Shown: positions 8,394 through 17,214 of the stretch, in pieces
Layout of the letters: every line of letters starts with the position of its first letter
How positions within the stretch are numbered: the first letter of the stretch is position 1
NCBI RefSeq assembly: GCF_900232105.1
Contig: NZ_LT934425.1
Location: 3,150,001 to 3,182,000, forward strand
Source of the DNA: Candidatus Kuenenia stuttgartensis
Lineage (GTDB): Bacteria > Planctomycetota > Brocadiia > Brocadiales > Brocadiaceae
Length of the DNA: 32,000 nt
Direction: 5' to 3'
The notes under the pieces: generated by a model
What the model was told of the DNA's origin: nothing
Database searches by the model: none
The model's input: only the letters and a program-made list of their open reading frames with translations
Position numbers and translations under genes: made by a program

Positions 8394-8864
8394 ATGGAAG
8401 ATAAAAAAGAAGATATAGACCTTAAACTCATAAAATATACCCAGGAAGGCCTGCCGGTTACGAAGACGCCATATAAGGATATTGGCATTGCCATAGGGAT
8501 ATCAGAAGAAGAGGTAATCCAACGGCTGAAAAATCTTTTGGAAACTGGAAAGATCCGAAGGCTTGCGGCGTCAATTGCCCATCGCAAGATAGGCATCAAT
8601 GCAAATGCCATGTGCGTGTGGAAGGTTTCTGACGAACGGGTGGATGAGGTAGGTAAGATTATGGCAAAATTCGAAGAGGTAACCCACTGTTATGAACGCC
8701 CTACGTATTCAGATTGGGAATATAATGTTTTCACTATGATACATGGGTATACCGATGAAGAATGTGAAGCCGTAATCGCGGCGATAAAGAAACAGACAGG
8801 GTTAAACGATTGTGTTATTTTGTATAGCGAGAAAGAGTTTAAAAAAGTAGGGGTGCGGATATAG
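8394..8864 (+). CDS. Lrp/AsnC-like siroheme decarboxylase subunit (AhbA/AhbB/NirDLGH type), second subunit
   Basis: LKLIKYTQEGLPVTKTPYKDIGIAIGISEEEVIQRLKNLLETGKIRRLAASIAHRKIGINANAMCVWKV...VTHCYERPTYSDWEYNVFTMIHG; typical AhbB/NirH-like pattern. Confidence 0.87.
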   Translation: MEDKKEDIDLKLIKYTQEGLPVTKTPYKDIGIAIGISEEEVIQRLKNLLETGKIRRLAASIAHRKIGINANAMCVWKVSDERVDEVGKIMAKFEEVTHCYERPTYSDWEYNVFTMIHGYTDEECEAVIAAIKKQTGLNDCVILYSEKEFKKVGVRI

Positions 8865-8924
8865 CAAATTCCAGCTAAGCTGGCATAGCCAGAACCAAAC
8901 AATTGCGAGATAAAAAATCCGAAA

Positions 8925-9121
8925 TCCGAAACAAATTCGAATCACAAAGCATAAAATTCAAAACAAATACAAAACATCCCCGTCTGCATGCGATCACTCA
9001 CTCACTCACTCACTCACTCACATGCAGGCAACAACATGAAACGCGTTTAGAATTTTAAATCATTTTGTAATTAGCATTTGTTTCGGATTTCGCCATTAAA
9101 TATTTTGACGAAAAATGCAAA
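8925..9121 (-). repeat. Dispersed repeat family A, inverted long copy, interrupted by a (TCAC)7 microsatellite
   Basis: Reverse complement reads gtcaaaatatttaatggcgaaatccgaaacaaatgctaattacaaaatgatttaaaattctaaac...tttgttttgaattttatgctttgtgattcgaatttgtttcggatttcgg, matching 6636-6830. Confidence 0.85.
8994..9021. repeat. Microsatellite (TCAC)7 bounded by ctgcatg/catgcag inverted repeats
   Basis: Seven perfect TCAC units; ctgcatg at 8984-8990 and catgcag at 9021-9027. Confidence 0.95.
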
Positions 9122-9178
9122 TAAATTACTGCTAATATGCTAAATACCCGCCGTGTGCTGTTGTTCCTCGCCCTTTAT

Positions 9179-10216
9179 TTATTCTATTATCCCGTCCTGT
9201 ATGCGGAACTGAGAATTAAGGCGCGGACGGGAAATGAGTTTTCCCGTGTAGGTAATGGTATCTCCCTGTGAAATATTCATAACTTTCTGATACATCTTCC
9301 AATGAAAAACTACAACAACATCTGCCTTTTCTTCGTCACCTTGATGGCTGATTCCAACACGGTTCCAATCTACACGCCCTGCTCCTTTATGCACAACCGT
9401 GCCATTCCATCGAATGTACCTGCCATTGTATTCTTTCCATTGCGCCTTTTTTTCAGCACCTGAGAGGGCGCTTTCTTTACCAAATAATTTGTTTAATTCC
9501 CCGAAGGAGACATCTATATATTTTTTTTGAGTCAGGCCGTTCTCCATTTCAGTTGGTGGTGTAACGGAGATTTTTGTTTTTCCATCATGGCCGGAATTTT
9601 TTTGGGTGAGACTTTCGCCATCTTTTGTTAATGAAGAGGGGAGGGAAATGGGAAGGATGTTTGCTTCCTCCTGTTCTTTCCGGACAATGAAATTTGCCGC
9701 ATTATCTCCTTCCGTAAATAATGTGTAAAACGTGTTTTTATAGCTAAGTGCTTTCTCTTTATTGTAGTGGAAGGAAACATAATCGTGAATGTTTCTGTTC
9801 CGGTATGCCATCCAATTGTAAACGCCTGTAATCAATATCCTGTCGTCAAGTATAACAAAATCCTGGTGTATGCTGTTGCCGTGGTTTTTGTTTGGCGATT
9901 TTATCACGCGAACATCAAATCCCTTTTGTATTAATGCCGTTGCCAACAGGCCTTTTGAGATGTCCTTCCCGTGCATGATGACAGCGACTCTTATACGAAC
10001 ACCCCTTGTTTTTGCGTTTACTAAAGATTCTTCAATGTCCAATGAGGCAAAATCATAGATACATATATCCACGCTGTGTTGTGTATAGTGCAGCGCATCT
10101 TTTACCCTGTCTCTGATGGTGTTACCTGTAATTTGAGTTGAATGTTCGGCATAGATAAATCCGGGCACACACCATTGTACAAAGATTGATATTATGAATA
10201 ACCGTAGTGCGTTCAT
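9179..10216 (-). CDS. PLD-like domain protein (single catalytic-like motif, variant) with secretion signal
   Basis: 345 aa. Signal-like N-terminus; QHSVDICIYDFASLDIEESLVNAKTRGVRIRVAV followed by SIHQDFVILDDRILITGVYNW, a PLD-nuclease layout in which the usual HxKxxxxD reads HQDFVILD. Confidence 0.8.
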   Translation of the reverse strand: MNALRLFIISIFVQWCVPGFIYAEHSTQITGNTIRDRVKDALHYTQHSVDICIYDFASLDIEESLVNAKTRGVRIRVAVIMHGKDISKGLLATALIQKGFDVRVIKSPNKNHGNSIHQDFVILDDRILITGVYNWMAYRNRNIHDYVSFHYNKEKALSYKNTFYTLFTEGDNAANFIVRKEQEEANILPISLPSSLTKDGESLTQKNSGHDGKTKISVTPPTEMENGLTQKKYIDVSFGELNKLFGKESALSGAEKKAQWKEYNGRYIRWNGTVVHKGAGRVDWNRVGISHQGDEEKADVVVVFHWKMYQKVMNISQGDTITYTGKLISRPRLNSQFRIQDGIIE

Positions 10217-11088
10217 TTGTTTTGTATGTGATTTAAAAATGCTTTTGGCAAATTATCCAGAATATCCGTAGCGGTCATAGATATTTCACCCACTGCCTGT
10301 TTTGCATAATCTCCAGCAGTACCGTGTAAATACACTCCCAGTTGCGCCGCTTCAAAAGGCGGAAAGTTTTGTCCGAGCAACGCGGCTATCATGCCGGTTA
10401 ATATATCTCCAGAACCGGCGGTAGCCATTCCCGGATTACCGGTGGTATTGACATAATATTTTTCGTTATTCATAACAATAGTGTTGTTGCCTTTTAAAAC
10501 CAGCGTCACCTTGTCTCTTGAGTTTATGAATTTTTCGGCAATTTCTTTGCGTTTTGATTGTATTTCTTTGGTGGTATATACCTTTAAAAGGCGTGCCATC
10601 TCTTGGGGATGCGGGGTAAGTATAACGTGCTGTTTTATTTTATCCAGGGTTGCCGTATCTTCGGCAAGGGCATTAATACCGTCAGCGTCCAGTACGATAG
10701 GTCGTTCAATATTTTGCAGCAGCCACAGCACGAGCCTTTTTGTTTCCACACACTGCGATAACCCTGGTCCAATGGCAACTACATCAAAACGTTGTGAAAA
10801 GTCAAGGATATCCTGCCTTCCCATATCTGAAAGGGTTTTCAAATGGGTTTCAGGCAGCGGATGAGTCATAACGCAGGTTAACTTCGTCGCGACAATTCCA
10901 TGCAGGCTTTCAGGTATCCCCAGAGTTACAAGACCTGCGCCGGAGCGTAATGCCGCTTCGCTGCACAGGCATGCCGCCCCCGTCATACCATAAGAACCGG
11001 CAATGACTAGCACCCGGCCAAAGTCCCCTTTGTGACTGTCAGGTTTTCTGGGAGGTATTTTTAGTATACTGTTAATCTGTTGCATCAT
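10213..11088 (-). CDS. nnrD: ADP-dependent NAD(P)H-hydrate dehydratase (YjeF C-terminal/carbohydrate kinase-like)
   Basis: HKGDFGRVLVIAGSYGMTGAACLCSEAALRSGAGLVTL, ALAEDTATLDKIKQHVILTPHPQEMARL, NTTGNPGMATAGSGDILTGMIAALLGQ. 4-nt ATGA overlap with the PLD-like gene. Confidence 0.93.
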   Translation of the reverse strand: MMQQINSILKIPPRKPDSHKGDFGRVLVIAGSYGMTGAACLCSEAALRSGAGLVTLGIPESLHGIVATKLTCVMTHPLPETHLKTLSDMGRQDILDFSQRFDVVAIGPGLSQCVETKRLVLWLLQNIERPIVLDADGINALAEDTATLDKIKQHVILTPHPQEMARLLKVYTTKEIQSKRKEIAEKFINSRDKVTLVLKGNNTIVMNNEKYYVNTTGNPGMATAGSGDILTGMIAALLGQNFPPFEAAQLGVYLHGTAGDYAKQAVGEISMTATDILDNLPKAFLNHIQNK

Positions 11089-11164
11089 ATATTTCTGCAG
11101 TCATCAATCTGCAATCTGCCGACTGCTACGCGGTATAATAGAAAATTCCAAGTCCTTAATATCA

Positions 11165-11920
11165 TTACTCTTTCCTTTTGCTGTTAATCAGCGAGGCGAC
11201 ACATGCAGCGCCAAAACCATTATCAATATTTACCACTGCAACACCGGAGGCACAACTGTTCAACATTGATAAAAGAGGGGCGATGCCATTGAAACTTGCT
11301 CCATAGCCAATACTTGTGGGAACACCAATGACAGGGCAATCTACAAGCCCTCCCACTACGCTTGCAAGGGCGCCTTCCATTCCTGCAACGACAATGATAA
11401 CGTTGGCCTTTAGCAACTCTCCGTGGTTTTTCATTAGCCGGTGAATGCCCGCAACGCCGACGTCATATAACGTTTCCACTCTATTGCCCATAAATTCTGC
11501 AGTAATTCTTGCTTCTTCCGCCACCGGAATATCAGAGGTGCCGGCGGAAACGACCATGATGAGTCCTTCGTTTGTATTTTCATGCGTTTTGCGCAGGGTA
11601 ATTGTCTTTGCCTGTTCATGGTACACAGCTTCAGGGAATTTTTCGGAGACAGCGTAATAAACCTCTGCACTTGCCCTCGTTGCCAGCATGTCTTGTCCGC
11701 TTTCGACAATATGCTCTACAATCTTTACCACCTGTTCAGGCGTTTTCCCCATGCAAAAGATTACTTCAGGATAACCACAACGAATTTTCCGGTGAATGTC
11801 TATCTTCGCAAAGCCAATGTCCTTGTAAGGAAGTTCTCTTATTTTATCAAGAACATCGTTTAAGGGTATTTTATCTTTTTTATAATTTTCCAGTAATTGC
11901 TGTATGTTGTCAATGTCCAT
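11165..11920 (-). CDS. larB: Nickel pincer cofactor biosynthesis protein LarB (NCAIR mutase PurE-related)
   Basis: 251 aa. HRKIRCGYPEVIFCMGKTPEQV; VVSAGTSDIPVAEEARITAEFMGNRVETLYDVGVAGIHRL; GMEGALASVVGGLVDCPVIGVPTSIGYGASFNGIAPLLSMLNSCASGVAVVNIDNGFGA. Confidence 0.94.
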   Translation of the reverse strand: MDIDNIQQLLENYKKDKIPLNDVLDKIRELPYKDIGFAKIDIHRKIRCGYPEVIFCMGKTPEQVVKIVEHIVESGQDMLATRASAEVYYAVSEKFPEAVYHEQAKTITLRKTHENTNEGLIMVVSAGTSDIPVAEEARITAEFMGNRVETLYDVGVAGIHRLMKNHGELLKANVIIVVAGMEGALASVVGGLVDCPVIGVPTSIGYGASFNGIAPLLSMLNSCASGVAVVNIDNGFGAACVASLINSKRKE

Positions 11921-11970
11921 ATAAATATTCTCTTATCCCTTTGTTTAAGCTAGCCATTCCGGCATAAGTA

Positions 11971-13853
11971 GTGTCTGAACGAAAACTATCTTTTTTATGC
12001 AAGATTCTTTCTCTGAGCAAATTTAAATTTTTTTAAATTGCCCCTTTTTCAACTTTTTCTTCTACGCTTTAATCTATGATACGGTTGTTTTATTCATTTC
12101 CCTCGTTTTTACCATCTTTTCATGTTCTCCGGACATACTATCCCTCATGGATTTTTATTCGAGAGTGTTTTTACGCTGCCTTACGTACTGTTTCTTTTTC
12201 TTCCCGGACTTTCTTCTGCAATATACTCCCCATCGTGTGCAAATTTGCCGCCAGCACTCCTAATGCGCAGTATCTTTTAAATCCTTCTATCCCTTTGTCT
12301 AAGCATCTGTCCAGCCCATGATGTTCTAACCGGTTAATATCTGACTCCACCGCTGAGTGCTTGTGCCTGAGTTTTTTAAATGTACTCTCCGATTCTTCTT
12401 CTGTCTCCGCCTTATTCCTTTTTCCTTTCTTCGGTATGATCACTTTCGGTATATAAAGACTTATCAGTTCCTTGTATTCCTTCTTGTAAAAACCCTTGTC
12501 TGCACTTATACTTTCTATCTCTTCTTCACCAAACAAATTTAATAGCTTGTCTGCTAACGGCAGAATTAACGCCACATCTGCTTCTTTTTCCACTACTTGG
12601 TGATATCCGATAAACCCCCATTGGTCACTTGCTATCACCAGATTGTGGCCTAATTCCACCCTCTTATTCGCCTTCCCTTTACTCAACCATTCTGTGTGTG
12701 GTTCAAACAGTGAATATACCTTTTCCCCTACCGGTATTTGCTCTTCCTTGATAATTCTCCTCTCTACCAAATCTCTGTGCTTCTCCAGCATCTGATAAAA
12801 ATATTCCATCGACTCCAATGCCTCTTTCTGCATTTCTTCCGCACCCGTTGTTAATATTTTTTCGTACACCGCTATTATGCTCGCACCTATCTTCTCACTT
12901 AATCTCTTTGCTAATCCAAGATACTCTTTTACTTGCTTCTTAACCGCCTCCTCTTTCTTGTTTCCACCACCACTTGCCGCTTTCGAACTACTCCTCATCA
13001 GACTCTTTAGCTCTTTCCTCCAATTCTTTACCTTTCTCCATCCTTTCCCGTTCAATACCCCTCCCTCTATAAATGCCTCTATCCCATCAAGGCACTTCCT
13101 ACCCGCATCCCACAGCAAATTCATGTCCGTAGGAAAATGTACGTTTGTCTCCACCACATACGTATCCGTCTTTATGCGGAGCTTCTCCTCCCGTCCGTTC
13201 TTTGCCAGCCTCTGGCCTGCCTTTACCACCACATCATTAATCTTCCCCAACGTCTCCTCATCGAGCAATCTTACGTTATCCTTGATGCTTTGCAGCGAAT
13301 ACTTCTTACCCCTCCCAAATACGGTATCTACTCCCATTATCTGACGAATCAGACTATGGTGATTCACCATATCTTCCAACCTGTCATAATCCGCATCTAA
13401 TCCCAATCTCACCACTCCTATTACCATTATCTGCCATAACTCCATACCATTACGCCCTGTCTCTTTCTTCCCACCCTTTACCTTTGCTTCCAATACCCTG
13501 AATACTTCCTCTCGTAATTCCTCTGTAACAAATATGTATTGTAATGCCCTCAAAATCGGCGCTAACTCATCCCTGCTCTTTTCGGGAATTTCTACCTCTG
13601 ATATTGGTGTGCTTCCAAGTCTCCTTTGCGGCTCGAATCTTTTTCTCATGGCGTGGCAGTTCTCCTTTTGATGACTCTGTTTTTCTGATGTTTTGGGCGA
13701 ATGTTTGTCTCTTTTCACCCCTTGGTACCCTCGCTTCCCTTATTCTACGCCCTAAGTTTAACATCTACTCACTATACTTTCAACCCTTCATGCAGATACT
13801 TTCAACCTCCTTTACCACGTATTTCAAGGCTTACAGCGTTTTCGTTCAGACAC
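11971..13853 (-). mobile_element. Intact insertion sequence, about 1.88 kb, with perfect 16-bp TIRs and 6-bp target-site duplication
   Basis: TIRs gtgtctgaacgaaaac (11971-11986) and gttttcgttcagacac (13838-13853); direct repeat taagta at 11965-11970 and 13854-13859; one long transposase ORF inside. Confidence 0.93.
12171..13718 (-). CDS. DDE transposase, ISNCY-like
   Basis: 515 aa. LGLDADYDRLEDMVNHHSLIRQIMG, LRIKTDTYVVETNVHFPTDMNLLWDAGRKC, IESISADKGFYKKE; bounded by TIRs. The family name is from recall, not a search. Confidence 0.8.
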   Translation of the reverse strand: MKRDKHSPKTSEKQSHQKENCHAMRKRFEPQRRLGSTPISEVEIPEKSRDELAPILRALQYIFVTEELREEVFRVLEAKVKGGKKETGRNGMELWQIMVIGVVRLGLDADYDRLEDMVNHHSLIRQIMGVDTVFGRGKKYSLQSIKDNVRLLDEETLGKINDVVVKAGQRLAKNGREEKLRIKTDTYVVETNVHFPTDMNLLWDAGRKCLDGIEAFIEGGVLNGKGWRKVKNWRKELKSLMRSSSKAASGGGNKKEEAVKKQVKEYLGLAKRLSEKIGASIIAVYEKILTTGAEEMQKEALESMEYFYQMLEKHRDLVERRIIKEEQIPVGEKVYSLFEPHTEWLSKGKANKRVELGHNLVIASDQWGFIGYHQVVEKEADVALILPLADKLLNLFGEEEIESISADKGFYKKEYKELISLYIPKVIIPKKGKRNKAETEEESESTFKKLRHKHSAVESDINRLEHHGLDRCLDKGIEGFKRYCALGVLAANLHTMGSILQKKVREEKETVRKAA

Positions 13854-13939
13854 TAAGTATGAAAGCAATTGCCAGAAGGTTCAATGAATTTCATAAATCT
13901 TTTTGTCTGTTAAATAAATGTATGAATAAAAACCAGGAC

Positions 13940-14950
13940 TCACGAAGGATTGGCTTCCATGCGCAGGTCTGAAATATTGCCTTCTGAATATTTCCAATAA
14001 GCTAGTCCCGCCACCATAGCGGCGTTGTCAGTACAAAGTTCTCTGGAAGGACAATACACGGGTAAACGTATTTCGCGCGATATTTCCTGGAATTTTTCCC
14101 TCAACCGTGAATTTGCCGCAACCCCTCCGCCAATTAATATGCTCCGGGCGTGATGTATTTTTGATGCAGCCACTGTTTTATGAACAAGCACATCAATAAC
14201 TGCTTCCTGAAAACTTGCGGATATGTCGGCAATATCCATGGTGTTTTTTAATGATGTTTGTGACCGATTTTGGTCCTGTCCCTTAACATGATATAATACA
14301 GCAGTTTTCAGTCCGCTAAAACTAAAATCGAGGGAATCTTTCCCCAGATATGCCCTTGGGAATGGTATCGCTTTGCGGTTGCCTTGTTTTGCCAATTGGT
14401 CAATTACAGACCCCCCGGGATACCCAAGACCCAAAATTTTAGCCACTTTATCAAACGCCTCTCCTGCGGCGTCGTCAATGGTTTCCCCCAATACGACATG
14501 TTGCGTTTCCCTTTCCGACAAAAACAATGTGGTATGTCCCCCTGAAACAACAAGACTTACCGCAGGGTAGGGAATTGCATCATGCTCCAGATTGTTTGCG
14601 TATATGTGGGCATGCAGATGATGAACGGCAATGAGGGGAATGTTGAACGCCATGCTTAACGTCTTTGCCGCAGTGACGCCAATTAACAGCGAGCCAATTA
14701 ATCCCGGAGAATTTACCACGGCAATGGCATCGATATCGGTACATTTTACCTCTGCTTCCGTAATGGCACAGTGAATAATTCCGATAATGGATTCAAGATG
14801 CGCACGGCATGCAATTTCAGGTACTACGCCACCGAACGGACGGTGAAGTTTGTCCTGGGAGAAAATTACATTCGATACGATTTCCCTGCCATTTCTCACT
14901 ATTGCAACAGACGTCTCGTCACACGAGGTTTCGATTCCAAGAATAAGCAT
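13940..14950 (-). CDS. tsaD: tRNA N6-adenosine threonylcarbamoyltransferase TsaD
   Basis: 336 aa. MLILGIETSCDETSVAIV, HHLHAHIYANNL, LVVSGGHTTLF, FSFSGLKTAV, GGGVAANSRLR. Confidence 0.98.
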   Translation of the reverse strand: MLILGIETSCDETSVAIVRNGREIVSNVIFSQDKLHRPFGGVVPEIACRAHLESIIGIIHCAITEAEVKCTDIDAIAVVNSPGLIGSLLIGVTAAKTLSMAFNIPLIAVHHLHAHIYANNLEHDAIPYPAVSLVVSGGHTTLFLSERETQHVVLGETIDDAAGEAFDKVAKILGLGYPGGSVIDQLAKQGNRKAIPFPRAYLGKDSLDFSFSGLKTAVLYHVKGQDQNRSQTSLKNTMDIADISASFQEAVIDVLVHKTVAASKIHHARSILIGGGVAANSRLREKFQEISREIRLPVYCPSRELCTDNAAMVAGLAYWKYSEGNISDLRMEANPS

Positions 14951-15155
14951 TTTACAAAAAAAGGGTAACAGTTCAGATTTTTGAAAAAGTCAGGAAACAT
15001 AAAAAAACAATGCAGCCCCCGCCAGTGATGATTTGTTTGTAGCCCAATAAAATTCAATGCTGTTATGACATTGTGTTCTGCTGCAAACAGGTTGCTCCTT
15101 CAGAGCTTATAGCCTGGCAAGGTTGGGTTGAGGCAAGAAACCCGATCTAATTTAA

Positions 15156-15221
15156 TGTAACACTTTAGTTTTTTGAAAAATGTACTACCTATAAGCTCCG
15201 TAGGAGCAGCCTGTTTGTAGC
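15156..15221 (+). repeat. Dispersed repeat family B, full 66-bp unit
   Basis: tgtaacactttagttttttgaaaaatgtactacctataagctccgtaggagcagcctgtttgtagc; same length and layout as 27956-28021. Confidence 0.9.
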
Positions 15222-15359
15222 AAAATAGGATATTATAACAGAGATTAGCTCTGTTACGAGCGACCTGTCTTTTGTAAATCCATATAAACAGGTCTACCTG
15301 AATACGGACAGGCCGCTCCTACGGAGCTATTTACCTTATTGAATTTTATTGCGCTACAA

Positions 15360-17212
15360 CGGATGTTCACCCCAAGTCAAAAAACAAAAGTGCCGTAAAA
15401 GCCTTATATTTATTGGCTTTTACGCCGAACAGCAAGCTTTTTTCTAGTGACTACCCGTATGTTCCGGCTTGGCAATACTTCTGGCAACTTTATCTGTAAT
15501 GCCTCTAATAATTCATGTGATTGTTGCCGCGGACACGGGATCTTCTGGCAACTAGCTTTTTGGCCTTTGATTGTTACTTCCATCGAACAAATGGTCGTCA
15601 ATTGTGCGAGACCTTCCTCTACCGTCAAGTCAAAATTCTTCCACGCTCTGCGCAGCCTTCGAATTATCATGTACGCAAGCATTACCACAAACACATGTCC
15701 CCGTGTACTATCCTCCTTTCTTACATACACCGGACGAACCTCCAAATTCACCGTCTTACAGTCCCGAAACGCCTTCTCCACTTCCGTTAAATCCTTGTAT
15801 CGTTCATGTACCAGATTGGTATCCGCCTCGTTCTCCTCAAGATCAGTCTTGATTGCGTAACAACCATCAAGGTATGATGCCTCCTTTAATGCTTCCTCAG
15901 CTCTCTCTATCTTTAGCGTCCTATCCTCTTCTTTTATCTGCACCCACCCATCAAGTTTCAATCTCGTTAGCCTTTCCCTTGTTGTTTCCAGGGCCTTCGA
16001 TACTGACGACTTAGGATGTTCCTTCAGATAACTGTTCTTCTTCACGATGTATTTCTCTATACTCTGTAATTTTGATACACGGGTCTTTGACATCTCTTCC
16101 GCCCTTACCGGATTGCGCCTCAGAATATATCGAACCTCATCATCCTTTATCTCGCAGAGCTTTTCTTCGAACAATCCTAATTGCAGTATCCCTTTATTTA
16201 TCAACGACTCTATCTGCGGCTTGGTTATCGCCGTTATGTAATGAAACCCTTCCGGTAAACTTTCGATTTGCACCGTCTTGATCATCCCACGATCTCCTAC
16301 AATCGTTACATCTTTGCATCCAAACCACTCTAATACCTTCTTTACCTGAGATTCAAAGGTCTTCGGATCCTGGGTGTTGCCCCTAAATACTTCTGTTGAT
16401 ACCGGCTCCCCGGATTCATCACAAAGCATACCGATCACTATCTGTTTTTTCCTCTTTTTGCCGTCACGATTATACCCGTACTCACCAAAATGATTCGACT
16501 TCCCCTCTAAATAACTGCTCGTCACGTCATACAAAAACAACTTCGGCTTATTGCCTCCTCGTCTTAACTCAAACAGCTTTCGCTCTATCTTTGCCTGATT
16601 CTCTGACAACCATGACAAATTATCGTACAGATTGTTCTCGTCAAACCCACGCTTCATATCCAGGACGTCACCCGCAGCATGTATCTGCGCCAGCCTTACT
16701 GCAGACAGTCTTGACCCCTGGCCTATTACCCTTGCCATTACTTGCCAAAGCGCCAGCTTTCCTTCAAAGTCCTTTCCCAATGCCTCTTCTATCCCTAATT
16801 CCTTTGCCACTTGGTACACGCTCCACGCTGCTCCCACAGACAAACCCTCATGGAGTTTCACCGATTCTGACAATGCGCCCAATGCACAGAGATCGTCTTT
16901 ATGTGCGAGTGCAAGTCTTATCGCTTCAATCTCCAGGGGAGTGCAATTCGACAGATTCGCAATGGTGCGTTTCTTGACCTTCCCATCCTCACGGTACGAT
17001 TCCCGCAGAAGGGTAGATCGATAGATTTTTTTACCGGATTTTGACTTGTTCTCTACAATATGCATGTCCACCATTGTACAGATAACAACCATTATCCGTC
17101 AAGTATATTGTCGGATAATAACAATATATTAGTGACTACATATTTATTAAAAATACAGCCTTAACAAACTATGTATTAAGCACTTATGCGTTTTGGCAGG
17201 GGTGAACATCCG
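15360..17212 (-). mobile_element. IS1634-like (IS4-superfamily) insertion sequence, about 1.85 kb
   Basis: Inverted termini cggatgttcacccc at 15360-15373 and ggggtgaacatccg at 17199-17212, around a transposase ORF. Near-duplicate flanks ctacaa/ttacaa. Exact ends are ambiguous by 1-2 nt. Confidence 0.85.
15410..17092 (-). CDS. IS1634-family-like transposase
   Basis: 560 aa. MHIVENKSKSGKKIYRSTLLRESYREDGKVKKRTIANLS, LFLYDVTSSYLEG, IVIGMLCDESGEPVSTEVFRGNTQD, VTIVGDRGMI, YKDLTEVEKAFRDCKTVNLEVRPVYV. Confidence 0.93.
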   Translation of the reverse strand: MVVICTMVDMHIVENKSKSGKKIYRSTLLRESYREDGKVKKRTIANLSNCTPLEIEAIRLALAHKDDLCALGALSESVKLHEGLSVGAAWSVYQVAKELGIEEALGKDFEGKLALWQVMARVIGQGSRLSAVRLAQIHAAGDVLDMKRGFDENNLYDNLSWLSENQAKIERKLFELRRGGNKPKLFLYDVTSSYLEGKSNHFGEYGYNRDGKKRKKQIVIGMLCDESGEPVSTEVFRGNTQDPKTFESQVKKVLEWFGCKDVTIVGDRGMIKTVQIESLPEGFHYITAITKPQIESLINKGILQLGLFEEKLCEIKDDEVRYILRRNPVRAEEMSKTRVSKLQSIEKYIVKKNSYLKEHPKSSVSKALETTRERLTRLKLDGWVQIKEEDRTLKIERAEEALKEASYLDGCYAIKTDLEENEADTNLVHERYKDLTEVEKAFRDCKTVNLEVRPVYVRKEDSTRGHVFVVMLAYMIIRRLRRAWKNFDLTVEEGLAQLTTICSMEVTIKGQKASCQKIPCPRQQSHELLEALQIKLPEVLPSRNIRVVTRKKLAVRRKSQ

Positions 17213-17214
17213 TT

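Noticed and set aside
8871-8883. ccagct-a-agctgg as a terminator for the decarboxylase operon
   Set aside because: Short stem with an implausibly small 1-nt loop and no following T-tract; too weak to call a rho-independent terminator.
12877-13344. 155-aa plus-strand ORF
   Set aside because: Antisense shadow of the ISNCY-like transposase; Phe/Leu-rich and without motif.
16396-16977. 193-aa plus-strand ORF within the transposase region
   Set aside because: Antisense shadow of the IS1634-like transposase; no domain signature.
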